Below are positions 40,425-50,505 of a stretch of DNA of 64,000 nt, piece after piece. Position 1 is the stretch's first letter, and every line of letters starts with the position of its first letter. The notes beneath the pieces were generated by a model. That model worked only from the letters and a program-made list of their open reading frames with translations. It was not told where the DNA came from and ran no database searches. A program made the translations under genes and the position numbers. This DNA comes from Chitinophagales bacterium (GTDB lineage Bacteria > Bacteroidota > Bacteroidia > Chitinophagales > Saprospiraceae), in the NCBI GenBank assembly GCA_022360175.1, contig JAKSDI010000289.1, positions 1 to 64,000 of the forward strand, written 5' to 3'.

Positions 40425-41813
40425 TCACTTCTTGCTTGCTTCCATTATATTTCCATTCTGGAAAATTAACATCTTATCCACATTATTTGCTTTATCTTTT
40501 ACAAATTCAAATTGCACATCTACTTTTTTGACAAAGAACTTACTCTGTGATTCCGCACAAAGCTCTATCGCACTTTGGCCTGTCAACTGAGCAAATAGTA
40601 TAGCATCTTTTATAAATACATTAAAAAGGATGTCATCTTTGATCACGTAGGTTCCTTCATATTGTTTTAGAATACCCTCTGATATGGATACCTCTTTTCT
40701 CGCAACAACAAAATCTAATGCCTGATCGTATAAAATTGCATGGATTGCCTGAATGGCAGGAGTTGTAGCATCAAAATTTTGCAAAACAATAATCGTCTTA
40801 TCGCTATCGAGATGGCGTTCAAAATGGGTTTCAAAACCGTTAGAATTCCCTGCATGGTATGCGATAGTTCCCATATCTTCTTTGTTGATTAACCACCAGC
40901 CAAAACCATAATTAATAGTACTCTTATCATTGAGTACTGTTGATTGGTAGATTAGTTCTAAGTCCGATTTTGAAATAAAGCTTAGATCGCATAAAGCCCT
41001 GTCCCATTTTAATAAATCTGAGGCCGTTGTATGAATATTACCTGATCCATAAATTCCATTACTCCAAACCACTTCAGGTTGATTAGATAAACGTTCGGGG
41101 CGTTCGCGCTTTTTAAGGCTATCCGAATAAATATACCCAATGGCTATATTACTTTTTGGTTCTTCACTTTCGAATCGATGATAATCAAAAGTGTTTTCCA
41201 TCTGTAAGGGAGCAAATATATTGGTGGTTAAAAACTCATTGTACGCCTGATTGGAAACACGCTCAATAATCACAGCTAAAAGTTCAAAACCGATGCCTCC
41301 ATAGAGAAATTTCTCTCCTGGATCGAAATTGCTTTGGGGCCTATATTTTTCATATAAAGCTATTATATCCTTATTAGTTGCTATTTTGCTTTCATCCCAT
41401 CTTTCCTCAAAAAGCTCATCATAGTCGGGGATTCCGTGGGTATGATTTAGCAGGTGTCTGACGCTTACATTTTCATAGAATTTCAACTCAGGGATATATT
41501 TTGATAGCGGATCATCCAAATGCAATTTTCCCTCTTGCTTCAAGACAATTATCCCCATAGCAGTAAACTGCTTGGTAATTGAATTCAATTTAAAAATGTG
41601 ATCGTTTGTTAACTCCTCCTCTTTTTCAACATTTGACAATCCATAACTCTTTTCAAAAATGGGGATTCCCTTTTCTGCAATCAGGATAACTCCATTAAAT
41701 CGATCATTCTGATGGAGCAAGCTAAAGATACTGTCTAGTCGTTCTGATTTAGTCTGCGCTTGCATGGATATAGCCAGGAGGAGAAATACGCCCGTAAAAA
41801 CTATTCTGTTCAT
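40425..41813 (-). CDS. Serine hydrolase (beta-lactamase family) with an extra C-terminal domain
   Basis: Signal peptide. SITKQFTAMGI (SxxK). 462 aa, with a roughly 100-aa C-terminal beta-rich extension. Confidence 0.8.
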   Translation of the reverse strand: MNRIVFTGVFLLLAISMQAQTKSERLDSIFSLLHQNDRFNGVILIAEKGIPIFEKSYGLSNVEKEEELTNDHIFKLNSITKQFTAMGIIVLKQEGKLHLDDPLSKYIPELKFYENVSVRHLLNHTHGIPDYDELFEERWDESKIATNKDIIALYEKYRPQSNFDPGEKFLYGGIGFELLAVIIERVSNQAYNEFLTTNIFAPLQMENTFDYHRFESEEPKSNIAIGYIYSDSLKKRERPERLSNQPEVVWSNGIYGSGNIHTTASDLLKWDRALCDLSFISKSDLELIYQSTVLNDKSTINYGFGWWLINKEDMGTIAYHAGNSNGFETHFERHLDSDKTIIVLQNFDATTPAIQAIHAILYDQALDFVVARKEVSISEGILKQYEGTYVIKDDILFNVFIKDAILFAQLTGQSAIELCAESQSKFFVKKVDVQFEFVKDKANNVDKMLIFQNGNIMEASKK

Positions 41814-41984
41814 AAAGATGCTTCTGTCGTTAAATACTTTTATAATGACGCCTTTATCATTGATTTGTTACAGTTGCACTTGTTACGATTGCCCCTTCCT
41901 ATAAAAAGAACTTTAAGAACATAACCAGGACTATAGAATCTATCCTATCCCCGTTTAGTCATTACACCTGATATTTTTCCCTAA

Positions 41985-42683
41985 TTAGAGTTTTCCCAGT
42001 ACCTCTAAAGCTTTCTGAGCTGTTTGAATTGCCGAATTGGGGTTTTGTCCTGTGATCAATCTTCCATCAACAACGGTATGTCCTGAAAGCGGTAAAAATG
42101 CCTTGCTATATACCATACCTCGCTCCTTCAAAACCTTTTGAAGATTGTATGGAACAAATTTTCCAACTCCTGCCAGGGATTCATCAAAGTATGGAAAACC
42201 AGTACCCTTTTTTCCTTTTATGAGCAATTCTCCGTTACTAAGCCTTACATTTTGTAGAGCTGCTACTCCATGACATACAGCTGAGACAATCTTGCCTGCT
42301 TCATATATATTGCGAGTAAGGACATTTAGTGCTTCATCATTGGCAAAGTCCCACATCGCTCCATGCCCTCCTGCAAAGTAAAGAACATCGTATTCTTGCC
42401 AATTTATTTCCATTATCGACTTCGTATTTTTCAGCAATGCCATAAATTCAGCATCTTCATATCGGCGTTTTGTAGCACCGTCTAAAACCCATCTGCCTAA
42501 ACTACGCTTATCGACTGGTACCTTTCCTCCTTTGGGGCTGATAATATCCATTGGGATGCCTGCCTTTTCAAATTCATCATAAAAGTGCGTGAGTTCTGAT
42601 AGCCAGAGTCCCGTTGGTTCAGCTTTTGGATGTTCGAAATCAGAATGATTGGTTGCTACGATTAATGCTTTTTTATTCTTCAT
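41985..42683 (-). CDS. DJ-1/PfpI-family (type 1 glutamine-amidotransferase-like) protein
   Basis: Nucleophile elbow SAVCHGVAAL. Confidence 0.8.
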   Translation of the reverse strand: MKNKKALIVATNHSDFEHPKAEPTGLWLSELTHFYDEFEKAGIPMDIISPKGGKVPVDKRSLGRWVLDGATKRRYEDAEFMALLKNTKSIMEINWQEYDVLYFAGGHGAMWDFANDEALNVLTRNIYEAGKIVSAVCHGVAALQNVRLSNGELLIKGKKGTGFPYFDESLAGVGKFVPYNLQKVLKERGMVYSKAFLPLSGHTVVDGRLITGQNPNSAIQTAQKALEVLGKL

Positions 42684-42803
42684 CTTCTTTGTTTTCTTGA
42701 TACGACAAAGATGATGCTTAACTCAGGCATCAATTAACACGAATACCGGAAGCTTAAACACGAATCGCGGAAATAGAAAAAAAGCCAATGGATTCTATAG
42801 GAA

Positions 42804-43712
42804 TTAATCCAATTGTCTGTATTCCTGAGGGGTTTTCCCTGTTTTTTGTTTGAATACCCTACCAAAGTAATGCGGATAATTAAACCCTAAAGAATAAGCT
42901 ATGCCGCTTATAGAATCCGTAGAGCTCAATAAAAGATGTTTGGCTTTGTCTATCAGAAAATCATTGATATGATCTTTAGCGGAGCGTCCGGTTTCTTTGG
43001 CTAGTATATCACTTAAGTAACTAGGAGATAGATGGCATTTATCTGCCAGGTATTGGATGCTTGGCTGGCCTGACATTAGCAGATCATTGTTTTGATAATA
43101 ATCTTGCAGCAATTTTTCAACTTTGGCAATTATATCAGAAGCTTGTGCAGAACGCGTATTCATCTGACGTTCATAAAATCTAAGGCTATAGTTGAGTATC
43201 AGTTCAATGTTAGACACTAGTACTTGCTGGCTGTGATTATCTGTACGTTGATTAATTTCACGATCAATCAGCTTGACGAGATTGGTTAAAATTTCTTCTT
43301 CCTGTTCTGATAAATATAAGGCTTCATATACTTCATAAGTAAAGAAGTTGTACTGGTCAATGGTGCCTCCCAGCGAAGTATTTCTAATAAGATCAGGATG
43401 AAAATAGAGCATCCACCCTTGAGATTGATTTAACGCTTGTGCTTTGGTTACTTTAAAGACCTGTTCTGGAGCAGTAAAAATTAAAACCCCTTCATCAAAA
43501 TCATAATGGTTCCTGCCATAATCAATACCACAACCAGCATCTTTCAATGCAATACAATACATGTCTGAAGAAAATCTCATGCCGACGAATTCTTCACCAT
43601 ACGCTAGTTTTGCTGTATCTATAACCGCAATTAAAGGATGGGCAGGTTTACCTAATCCCATACCTTTAAGCAATTCTGCGATTGATCTTGACCGAAGGAT
43701 ATTGCTGTTCAT
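42804..43712 (-). CDS. AraC-family transcriptional regulator
   Basis: C-terminal AraC HTH pair. Confidence 0.85.
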   Translation of the reverse strand: MNSNILRSRSIAELLKGMGLGKPAHPLIAVIDTAKLAYGEEFVGMRFSSDMYCIALKDAGCGIDYGRNHYDFDEGVLIFTAPEQVFKVTKAQALNQSQGWMLYFHPDLIRNTSLGGTIDQYNFFTYEVYEALYLSEQEEEILTNLVKLIDREINQRTDNHSQQVLVSNIELILNYSLRFYERQMNTRSAQASDIIAKVEKLLQDYYQNNDLLMSGQPSIQYLADKCHLSPSYLSDILAKETGRSAKDHINDFLIDKAKHLLLSSTDSISGIAYSLGFNYPHYFGRVFKQKTGKTPQEYRQLD

Positions 43713-43791
43713 TCCATTATTTTAAACCTTCAGCAAGATAAGTTTTAATTTTTTCTTTTGTTTTCTGAACAAGAACTGGAAGTGATTTAAG

Positions 43792-43865
43792 CTTATAGAA
43801 TGTCCCCCAGCCCTGCGGACAGCTCTCCCGAGGGGAGCACAGCATCTGTACCCCTTCCAAGACTT
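43792..43865. repeat. Family A repeat, copy 5
   Basis: cttatagaatgtcccccagccctgcggacagctctcccgaggggagcacagcatctgtaccccttccaagactt. Confidence 0.8.
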
Positions 43866-43882
43866 AAATGTTCCAAATTTGA

Positions 43883-44863
43883 TTAATACCGATTGCCTGC
43901 CACCCCTTGATTGATTAGCGCCTCCAGGCGGTTTAAGTGCTCCGCTTGTAAACTTATATTTTGCGATGCCCAGTTTTCTTCCAGGCGCTCAATTCTTCGC
44001 GTCCCTGGTATAGTGGCAATAGACGTACCACGCGACATCAACCATGCCAGTGCGACCTGAGCTGCTGTCGCTTCCATCTCTTTCGCCATTTCAGCTACCG
44101 CATCGGCCAATTGGATATTCTTTGCAATTGCGGCTTCGGTAAAGCGCGGATTTTCTAATCTCCAATCTCCAGGCTGCAGGTCACTTCGTGAACGGATTGC
44201 TCCAGACAAGAATCCTCTGCCAAGAGGGCTATAAGCTACAAAGCCAATGTCCAATCGTTGAATTGTTGGTAGTATCTCTTCCTCGACATCTCTCGACCAC
44301 AAGGAATATTCGGTTTGAAGTGCGCTAATGGGATGAATTTCATGAGCCCGGGCAATCGTTTCCGAATCGGCTTCAGACAAGCCGATATAACGTACTTTTC
44401 CTTCTTTTACGAGCTCTGCCATAGCTCCAACTGTTTCCTCAATTGGTGTATTAGGGTCCAGCCGGTGTTGATAGTAAAGATCAATGTAATCTGTATTTAG
44501 TCGCTTCAGGGAAGCCTCGCAACAAGCCTTTACATAATCCGCACTCCCTTTAATGCCTTGCCAGCTTCCGTCTTCACCACGAGACACACCAAATTTGGTA
44601 GCCAGTATAATTTGATCACGACGCCCTTTCAATGCTTTTGATAATAAAATTTCGTTTGTAAAAGGCCCATACATATCTGCTGTGTCCCAAAAGGTGCATC
44701 CTATATCTACTGCCCGATCAAGTACACTCAGGTTTTGAGTTTCTGAAGAAGCGCCATAAAAATCGGACATTCCCATGCAGCCCAAACCAATTGCAGGTAC
44801 ACGAAGCCCCTGTGATCCTAAATTGATCAACTTCATTTGTTTAAATTTTTCTGCGGTTAACAA
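43883..44863 (-). CDS. Aldo/keto reductase
   Basis: IGLGCMGMSDFYG, the DTADMYG catalytic tetrad region and the LDLYYQHR motif. Confidence 0.9.
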   Translation of the reverse strand: MLTAEKFKQMKLINLGSQGLRVPAIGLGCMGMSDFYGASSETQNLSVLDRAVDIGCTFWDTADMYGPFTNEILLSKALKGRRDQIILATKFGVSRGEDGSWQGIKGSADYVKACCEASLKRLNTDYIDLYYQHRLDPNTPIEETVGAMAELVKEGKVRYIGLSEADSETIARAHEIHPISALQTEYSLWSRDVEEEILPTIQRLDIGFVAYSPLGRGFLSGAIRSRSDLQPGDWRLENPRFTEAAIAKNIQLADAVAEMAKEMEATAAQVALAWLMSRGTSIATIPGTRRIERLEENWASQNISLQAEHLNRLEALINQGVAGNRY

Positions 44864-44925
44864 TTGGCAACAAAGATCAAGGATAGCTCCTAAAGATAAA
44901 TGACCATTCTGAAAGGATAAACAAC

Positions 44926-45873
44926 CTATTTCAAAGAATGCAGGCCTTTTCTATAGGCATTGGGAGTCGTATGCTGATGTTTCTTAAAAAAGCGATTGAA
45001 GTGAGTCGGTTCGCTAAAACCTAACTTGTAGGCAATTTCTTTAGAACTTAATGCTGTGTTTTGCAGTAAAGATTTGGCAGTGGTAAGTGTCCGGTTCGTT
45101 AGCCAGTCGATAATTGTTTTCCCCGTTTTTGATCTGATCACGGAGTTTAAATAATTAGGATGCAGGTGGAGCTTGTCAGCAAAATCTTTTACTTGTGGGC
45201 GCCGGTTTGCACCGTTCTCAGAAACCATTTTGCTAAACTCCTTTTCAAGAAGCTGTTTAAAAGATTTAACGATTTGAGAATCTCTGTCACCTTCTATTCG
45301 CGGGTTGTAAGAAGACCAGAATAATTCCTTGATTTTCAGTAAAAGAACAACAAACAAGCTTCCCAGGATTCTATTCTTATAGACCGAATCCTTTTTTAAT
45401 TCATCCCACAATTGTCTATACAGTACTTCAAAATCTGCATACTCTTCATCGGTCAGCTTTTTAGGAGGAACTATCTCTGCCAACAGGAACGGAAATTCAT
45501 CAAAAATATCATGATGCACATTTTCTCTCAAAAAAGAATCGGTAAAAGTAATCATGTAGGCATCTTCCATTTCATTGACTTCGTAAGACTTTATATGCCC
45601 GGGATTGGTAAAGTAGATAGTCTGCGATTCATATGGAAAGCGATGAGCATCAATGGTGTAAAAACCGGATCCTTTTTTAACAAAAACAAAGGAGAAATAT
45701 TCCGCTCTAAAAGTTGGGGATTTAAAGGGCAGCTCCGTAACCAAATCAGGCTTGAAGTGTACCGTAAAGTCTATTTCCTGCTCTATAGGCAGGTTCAAAA
45801 ACTTATATAAATCAGATATCTTATGATGGACTATTAATTCCACGGTATTATTAATTGGCCTGGTGATACTCAC
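44926..45873 (-). CDS. AraC-family transcriptional regulator
   Basis: C-terminal AraC HTH (LSSKEIAYKLGFSEPTHFNRFFKK). Confidence 0.85.
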   Translation of the reverse strand: MSITRPINNTVELIVHHKISDLYKFLNLPIEQEIDFTVHFKPDLVTELPFKSPTFRAEYFSFVFVKKGSGFYTIDAHRFPYESQTIYFTNPGHIKSYEVNEMEDAYMITFTDSFLRENVHHDIFDEFPFLLAEIVPPKKLTDEEYADFEVLYRQLWDELKKDSVYKNRILGSLFVVLLLKIKELFWSSYNPRIEGDRDSQIVKSFKQLLEKEFSKMVSENGANRRPQVKDFADKLHLHPNYLNSVIRSKTGKTIIDWLTNRTLTTAKSLLQNTALSSKEIAYKLGFSEPTHFNRFFKKHQHTTPNAYRKGLHSLK

Positions 45874-45905
45874 GAAATTAATGATGTTCTAATTGATTAT
45901 AAAAT

Positions 45906-46799
45906 TTATTTAGAATATCCCATATTATTTTGTGTACGATATTCATTAGCCGTCAGAGTGGTATGTTTTTTAAAAAACTTCATGAAATAAGACTTATTCG
46001 TAAAACCTAAGTCGAAAGCTATTTCGGCAATTGAATTATTGGTAAATAACAACATCCTCTTTGCTTCTAATAAAGCCCGATCGTGTATAAGGTTTGTAAC
46101 TGTTTTATTCAAACCCTTCTTACAAAGGCTATTAAGATGCTTTGAAGAAATGAACATCATACCGGCATAATCATCCAGCATTTTATAGGTTTTAAAATGG
46201 GTATCGATCAAAGCCTCCAGTTTCCGAAGCTGATACGCTAAATGCTTAGGAGTTTGACTAGCTAATGGATGATGATACAAGCGGGAAGCTCTTATTAGAA
46301 AGACTTCCAGCAAAGCCCGAAGCATATTTTCTCTTCCCTTTTCTGATGATTTATATTCTTCATAAAGATCATCTGCTGCATCTCGTATTTCAACAGCTTC
46401 ATCTGATAAATAAATAACCGGTATATTAGATAAGGAGTGGAAAAAGGGATAATCCAATAGTTTCTGTACACTGTTATTAAGTAGGTAAAAATCAGAGTTG
46501 AACGTTATTACATAACCATCTGTATCCTTATCGACTTCTAAAGAGTGAACCTGACCGGGCGAGACAAAAAAAATGGTGTTTGGCTTTATCTCATAGGTTT
46601 CAAAATCAATCGTATGCTGCCCCAGCCCATTCGTAATAAAAAGAATATGGTAGTAGTCGTGCCTGTGAGCAGCTACTTTAAACTCCTGCTCTTCACCCGG
46701 GAGCTTGAGCCTTTCAATTTTAAATTTAGCTAATGCTTTCCCATTTAGTGAATCTCCAAAACTTCGAACAGGTAATATGTTGACTTCTTTTTTTCTCAT
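45906..46799 (-). CDS. AraC-family transcriptional regulator (cupin-like N-terminal domain)
   Basis: C-terminal AraC HTH (SIAEIAFDLGFTNKSYFMKFFKK). Confidence 0.85.
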   Translation of the reverse strand: MRKKEVNILPVRSFGDSLNGKALAKFKIERLKLPGEEQEFKVAAHRHDYYHILFITNGLGQHTIDFETYEIKPNTIFFVSPGQVHSLEVDKDTDGYVITFNSDFYLLNNSVQKLLDYPFFHSLSNIPVIYLSDEAVEIRDAADDLYEEYKSSEKGRENMLRALLEVFLIRASRLYHHPLASQTPKHLAYQLRKLEALIDTHFKTYKMLDDYAGMMFISSKHLNSLCKKGLNKTVTNLIHDRALLEAKRMLLFTNNSIAEIAFDLGFTNKSYFMKFFKKHTTLTANEYRTQNNMGYSK

Positions 46800-46826
46800 A
46801 AATAACGAAACACTCTAGACGATTCA

Positions 46827-47450
46827 TTAGACAAAAGGAGTTTTCTTCCTGCCAATAAAACGAATAACAGAACTTTCTCCCACATGCCCGTACCCTTCAT
46901 CCAAATAGGTTTTTTCTTTTTTCAATTCAATGATTTCATAATGCTTAAAATCGCGTTCAATTTCTTCGATAGCGTACATCATCTTCACATCCGGTGGCCC
47001 GCCAACTGCTGGATTTACTTTGCTAATCTCCCGATGTTCCTTACTGAATGCTTCCATAATGATATGACCTCCGACCTTCAAATAGCTATCTAGCCTTTTG
47101 TGCATTTCTGTCTTAATATCAGGCGGGAAATGTACAAATGTAAGACCGATCGCATCAAAGCTTTCGGGCTCATACTGCTCTTCAAAGAATGCTTTCACCT
47201 GATAATCTATCTTCACATTTTTTGAATGAGCCAGCTTTTCTGCCTTCTCTTTCCCTTTGGCACTAAAATCAAAAGCCGCTACATCCCATCCCAATTGAGC
47301 TGCATAAACTGCATTACGCCCTTCCCCCTCTGCTGGAAATAATATCCTACCCACTTCAAATAAAGGCAGTTTTTCCTGTATATAAACATTAGGTGCTTCT
47401 CCATAGGCAAATTCCTGCTTGCCATATCTGTCATTCCAAAATTCCTTCAT
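46827..47450 (-). CDS. SAM-dependent methyltransferase (TehB/TPMT-like small MTase)
   Basis: ILFPAEGEGRNAVYAAQLGWDVAAFDFS motif I/II pattern. Confidence 0.7.
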   Translation of the reverse strand: MKEFWNDRYGKQEFAYGEAPNVYIQEKLPLFEVGRILFPAEGEGRNAVYAAQLGWDVAAFDFSAKGKEKAEKLAHSKNVKIDYQVKAFFEEQYEPESFDAIGLTFVHFPPDIKTEMHKRLDSYLKVGGHIIMEAFSKEHREISKVNPAVGGPPDVKMMYAIEEIERDFKHYEIIELKKEKTYLDEGYGHVGESSVIRFIGRKKTPFV

Positions 47451-47584
47451 CCTTTTTTTAGAAACAAAATTATATAGGAAATGATCTTTAGGAGGTATAC
47501 AAAAGGTGCTTTGAGGTGTATTATTTGCTTTTTGTTTATTGAACTACTGTCTTGTGTTTTTCCCGTGTTTGATCCAATCAATTT

Positions 47585-48682
47585 TTAATAAGCAATTTCG
47601 ATTGCTGTATTTGGAATCGGCAATATAAACATTGTAGAGTCTTTCAAATTTAATGATTCAAGTTGTTGTTTTACATTCTTAATAAACCTCTTGACGTTTG
47701 TATTTGGTACAGTGGCAGGTTTTCTTGTATTCTTTCTGTATTGCCTAAAAAAATTTTCCCAATGATTTCCTATAATGAACTTTGGTTTAAGTCTTTGTAT
47801 AACTTTTTCTGGGTAATTATCAACTTGATTAAAATTAGCTACACAAAGGAATAGTACATCAATTTTTTTTTCTGTTAAAATACTATCGTTGGGGATTCCT
47901 ATATCATCATCACATGCAGCTCCTGCGTGAGAAAAAATTCTGAGTTTTATTTTTTCATTATCACCCAATATGTCAATAATGAAATTGTAGTTTTCACCTT
48001 CTGGAAATCGACCAACTTTTGTAGGAAAAAAAGATAAATCTTTTGTTAGTTTTTTTGAAGAGAGCAATTTTATCCCACAAAAATGAGGGGCATGTTCTGT
48101 AGGTATAGGTAGTATCCTTATTTGATTATTTCTTGTGTATATCCATTGATATGCTTTAGGTTGGATATTTTCTGAATTCAATTCATTGACGGGCCTTATT
48201 AAGGTAATGTCTTTATCTATTTCACTATTTTTTAAAATATGATTTGTAGTTGGGCCTCCAATTATTTCGGTACTATCAATATTACAATTACGTAAATAAA
48301 TGGAAGGAACATCCGCTAAATGATCGTAATGAGAATGAGCAATCAATATTGCTTTAATAAGTCCACTAACATCTTTTGAAGAACCAAAGTTTTTCTCAAA
48401 AAAATCATCAATTAAAATTGTATCTGTTTTTAATTTTTTAAATAAAATTAAAGGCAATGGATTTATATTGGAAAAGTAAGGATCAATAAGTATTGCTGAA
48501 GAATCTTGTTGTATTAAAAAACCTCCAGATCCTGTATATGTAATTATTGAAGAGCCCGCTCCATAATGTGCTAAAGGGATTGATACGGGTTTATCTGCAA
48601 TGTGTGGTTTTATTTTACTTGCTTTTCTTGTTCCTGAACAGGAAGTACAAATAATTACTATTAACAGCATCAGTTTTCTCAT
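47585..48682 (-). CDS. MBL-fold metallo-hydrolase, lipoprotein
   Basis: Lipobox (LIVIICTSC). HxHxDH region (LIAHSHYDHLADV). Confidence 0.75.
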   Translation of the reverse strand: MRKLMLLIVIICTSCSGTRKASKIKPHIADKPVSIPLAHYGAGSSIITYTGSGGFLIQQDSSAILIDPYFSNINPLPLILFKKLKTDTILIDDFFEKNFGSSKDVSGLIKAILIAHSHYDHLADVPSIYLRNCNIDSTEIIGGPTTNHILKNSEIDKDITLIRPVNELNSENIQPKAYQWIYTRNNQIRILPIPTEHAPHFCGIKLLSSKKLTKDLSFFPTKVGRFPEGENYNFIIDILGDNEKIKLRIFSHAGAACDDDIGIPNDSILTEKKIDVLFLCVANFNQVDNYPEKVIQRLKPKFIIGNHWENFFRQYRKNTRKPATVPNTNVKRFIKNVKQQLESLNLKDSTMFILPIPNTAIEIAY

Positions 48683-48712
48683 GAAGTGCTTATTATTAAA
48701 AAATAATCACTT

Positions 48713-48813
48713 TTCAATATAGTCCAATCTCAACAAGATTGCAAGGTTGTGCCTTTTAATGCAATGCCGTACCTTTTCGGCAACTGAAGATCGCCGCAAC
48801 AGTTGCTACACAA
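48713..48813 (-). promoter_or_regulatory. Family B shared upstream element, copy 1: candidate promoter with the palindromic operator CAATCT-N5-AGATTG, plus a conserved hairpin
   Basis: Begins 31 bp upstream of the MBL ATG at 48682. In the coding direction it reads cTTGC-aatcttgttgagattg-gacTATATTGaaaag. Shares a 90-bp core with the copies at 54563, 55781 and 62875. Confidence 0.6.
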
Positions 48814-48970
48814 GTGCTAAGACAAATTAAATCACATATTATCTTGAGTCAATTTTCATCCTATGTGGCGTTAGAAATCCTCGTCGAAGCACCACTTCGC
48901 CTACGTTTTCTGCCTTGCCTAGAATGAAAACCCTTCTCAATATAATGGTAACACAATTTTGTCTTAGCAC
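48814..48970. mobile_element. MITE-like 157-bp insertion with perfect 13-bp terminal inverted repeats, interrupting family B copy 1
   Basis: gtgctaagacaaa at 48814-48826 and tttgtcttagcac at 48958-48970. The other three family B copies run straight from core to tail with no such insert. Confidence 0.55.
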
Positions 48971-49079
48971 TTAAAGAATAGAATGTAGATTGCCTTTTGG
49001 AAAAGGTTTGATAACTAAGAAGAGTCTTATTTTTAATTACTTAACCTAACACACTTTTTGTAACACCCTCAATTTATCC

Positions 49080-49451
49080 TTAATCATCTTCGGTTCTATG
49101 ATTCCAAACCTGAATTGCTTTTAATGTTTCTTCATCAGCATTTATATTTCTTAGTTCCTCAAGCTTAACGGAAAAAATTATCTCTTTGTACCCTATCTTT
49201 ACATAATAACTCCCTCCTTTGAAATTTGACTCCGATGACTCATTGTTGATCACTTTCACTTTTGTCCATAAATGCTTTCCATTTTTGAATTTCACCTGGT
49301 ATTCGGCTTCAAATGGATAGTGAATATTATCTTCCATAAATATTGCCCATCCTAAGTTAACTTCTTCTTCGTCATAGCAGTCAACTATGATTTTATCCTC
49401 TATAATTTCCTGAATTTCGCTCTTAGTCAATTTCATAATTAATTTTTTCAT
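49080..49451 (-). CDS. Small acidic hypothetical protein (immunity-protein-like size and composition)
   Basis: 123-aa ORF. No known motif. Confidence 0.4.
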   Translation of the reverse strand: MKKLIMKLTKSEIQEIIEDKIIVDCYDEEEVNLGWAIFMEDNIHYPFEAEYQVKFKNGKHLWTKVKVINNESSESNFKGGSYYVKIGYKEIIFSVKLEELRNINADEETLKAIQVWNHRTEDD

Positions 49452-49601
49452 TTAATATTCACCGAGTTTAAATCTCGCTTGTTCTGCAATTTCTTCATCA
49501 CTCGATAATTTCAATTCTTCTAAAGCCCAACCTCCTTTATTAAACTCCCTTTTCTACTAATACAATCGCTTCTTCCCTACTCATTAGCATCTTTCTCTGG
49601 A

Positions 49602-50441
49602 TTAAAACACATATTTATATTTCTTCACTGCGTCTAATTGGCCGTTTAAAAACTGCTGCACATAATCGATCAATCCATTTTCATGATAATAGTATTTTTT
49701 CATTAATACATCTCCACTTTTCAGTTCTAAAATCCCTCCTTCCCCGATTGTTGTAGCTTGCCTATAGTGTTTAGTAATTACTTTACTCTTTGTTTTTGTT
49801 TTTCCTACATACTCTATTTTATAAATATTCCTTTCTCTTTTATTTTTCTTCGCCTGATATGTTGAGATGTGCCTTCCATATTTATCATAATATAGTTTTG
49901 TCCATGATTTCTTTTTGTTCTTCCTTTTTACCAACTGATCATTGGAATTGTATTCAAATTTAATTTTTTCACTCTTCTGTTTTTTATAAAAAACGATCCT
50001 TTTTATTAATAAATCTTTCTCATTGTAAGTATTTCTCACTTCAATTATTTTCTCCTCATCCTTATAGTGAACTTCTGCAATTCTATTCCCTTCTTCATAA
50101 TTAAATTTAGCTACCCCAACTAGCTTATTATCTGTCCCGCTATAGGTATTCATTTCAACTAAAATGGTATCGTGTAGGTAAACCCTCTCGTACCTGGCCT
50201 TCAATTTCAAGGAGTCATATATCAATGTATTGACAACATATCCCTTTGAATTGAATTCTGCTTTAACATTCATTATTGAATCAGGTAAAACCTTATCGTC
50301 AACAATTTCAAAGTTGTAAAACTCAATAGCCTTAACCTTATTTTTTCTTAGTAGCTCTATTTGATAATTTTTTTGTCCAAAGACCAAATTAGACCCTATA
50401 AATATTATTAGTACAGTCAGTTTTAGTTGTTTGTTTTTCAT
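49602..50441 (-). CDS. Exported Lys-rich hypothetical protein
   Basis: Signal peptide. Repetitive beta-rich K/Y/E composition with no catalytic motif. Confidence 0.45.
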   Translation of the reverse strand: MKNKQLKLTVLIIFIGSNLVFGQKNYQIELLRKNKVKAIEFYNFEIVDDKVLPDSIMNVKAEFNSKGYVVNTLIYDSLKLKARYERVYLHDTILVEMNTYSGTDNKLVGVAKFNYEEGNRIAEVHYKDEEKIIEVRNTYNEKDLLIKRIVFYKKQKSEKIKFEYNSNDQLVKRKNKKKSWTKLYYDKYGRHISTYQAKKNKRERNIYKIEYVGKTKTKSKVITKHYRQATTIGEGGILELKSGDVLMKKYYYHENGLIDYVQQFLNGQLDAVKKYKYVF

Positions 50442-50505
50442 AGCCTAAATTTGTAAAATCAATGTTATATATTTATGTCCTACAACCACTTGCAGCCTGA
50501 TTTAT

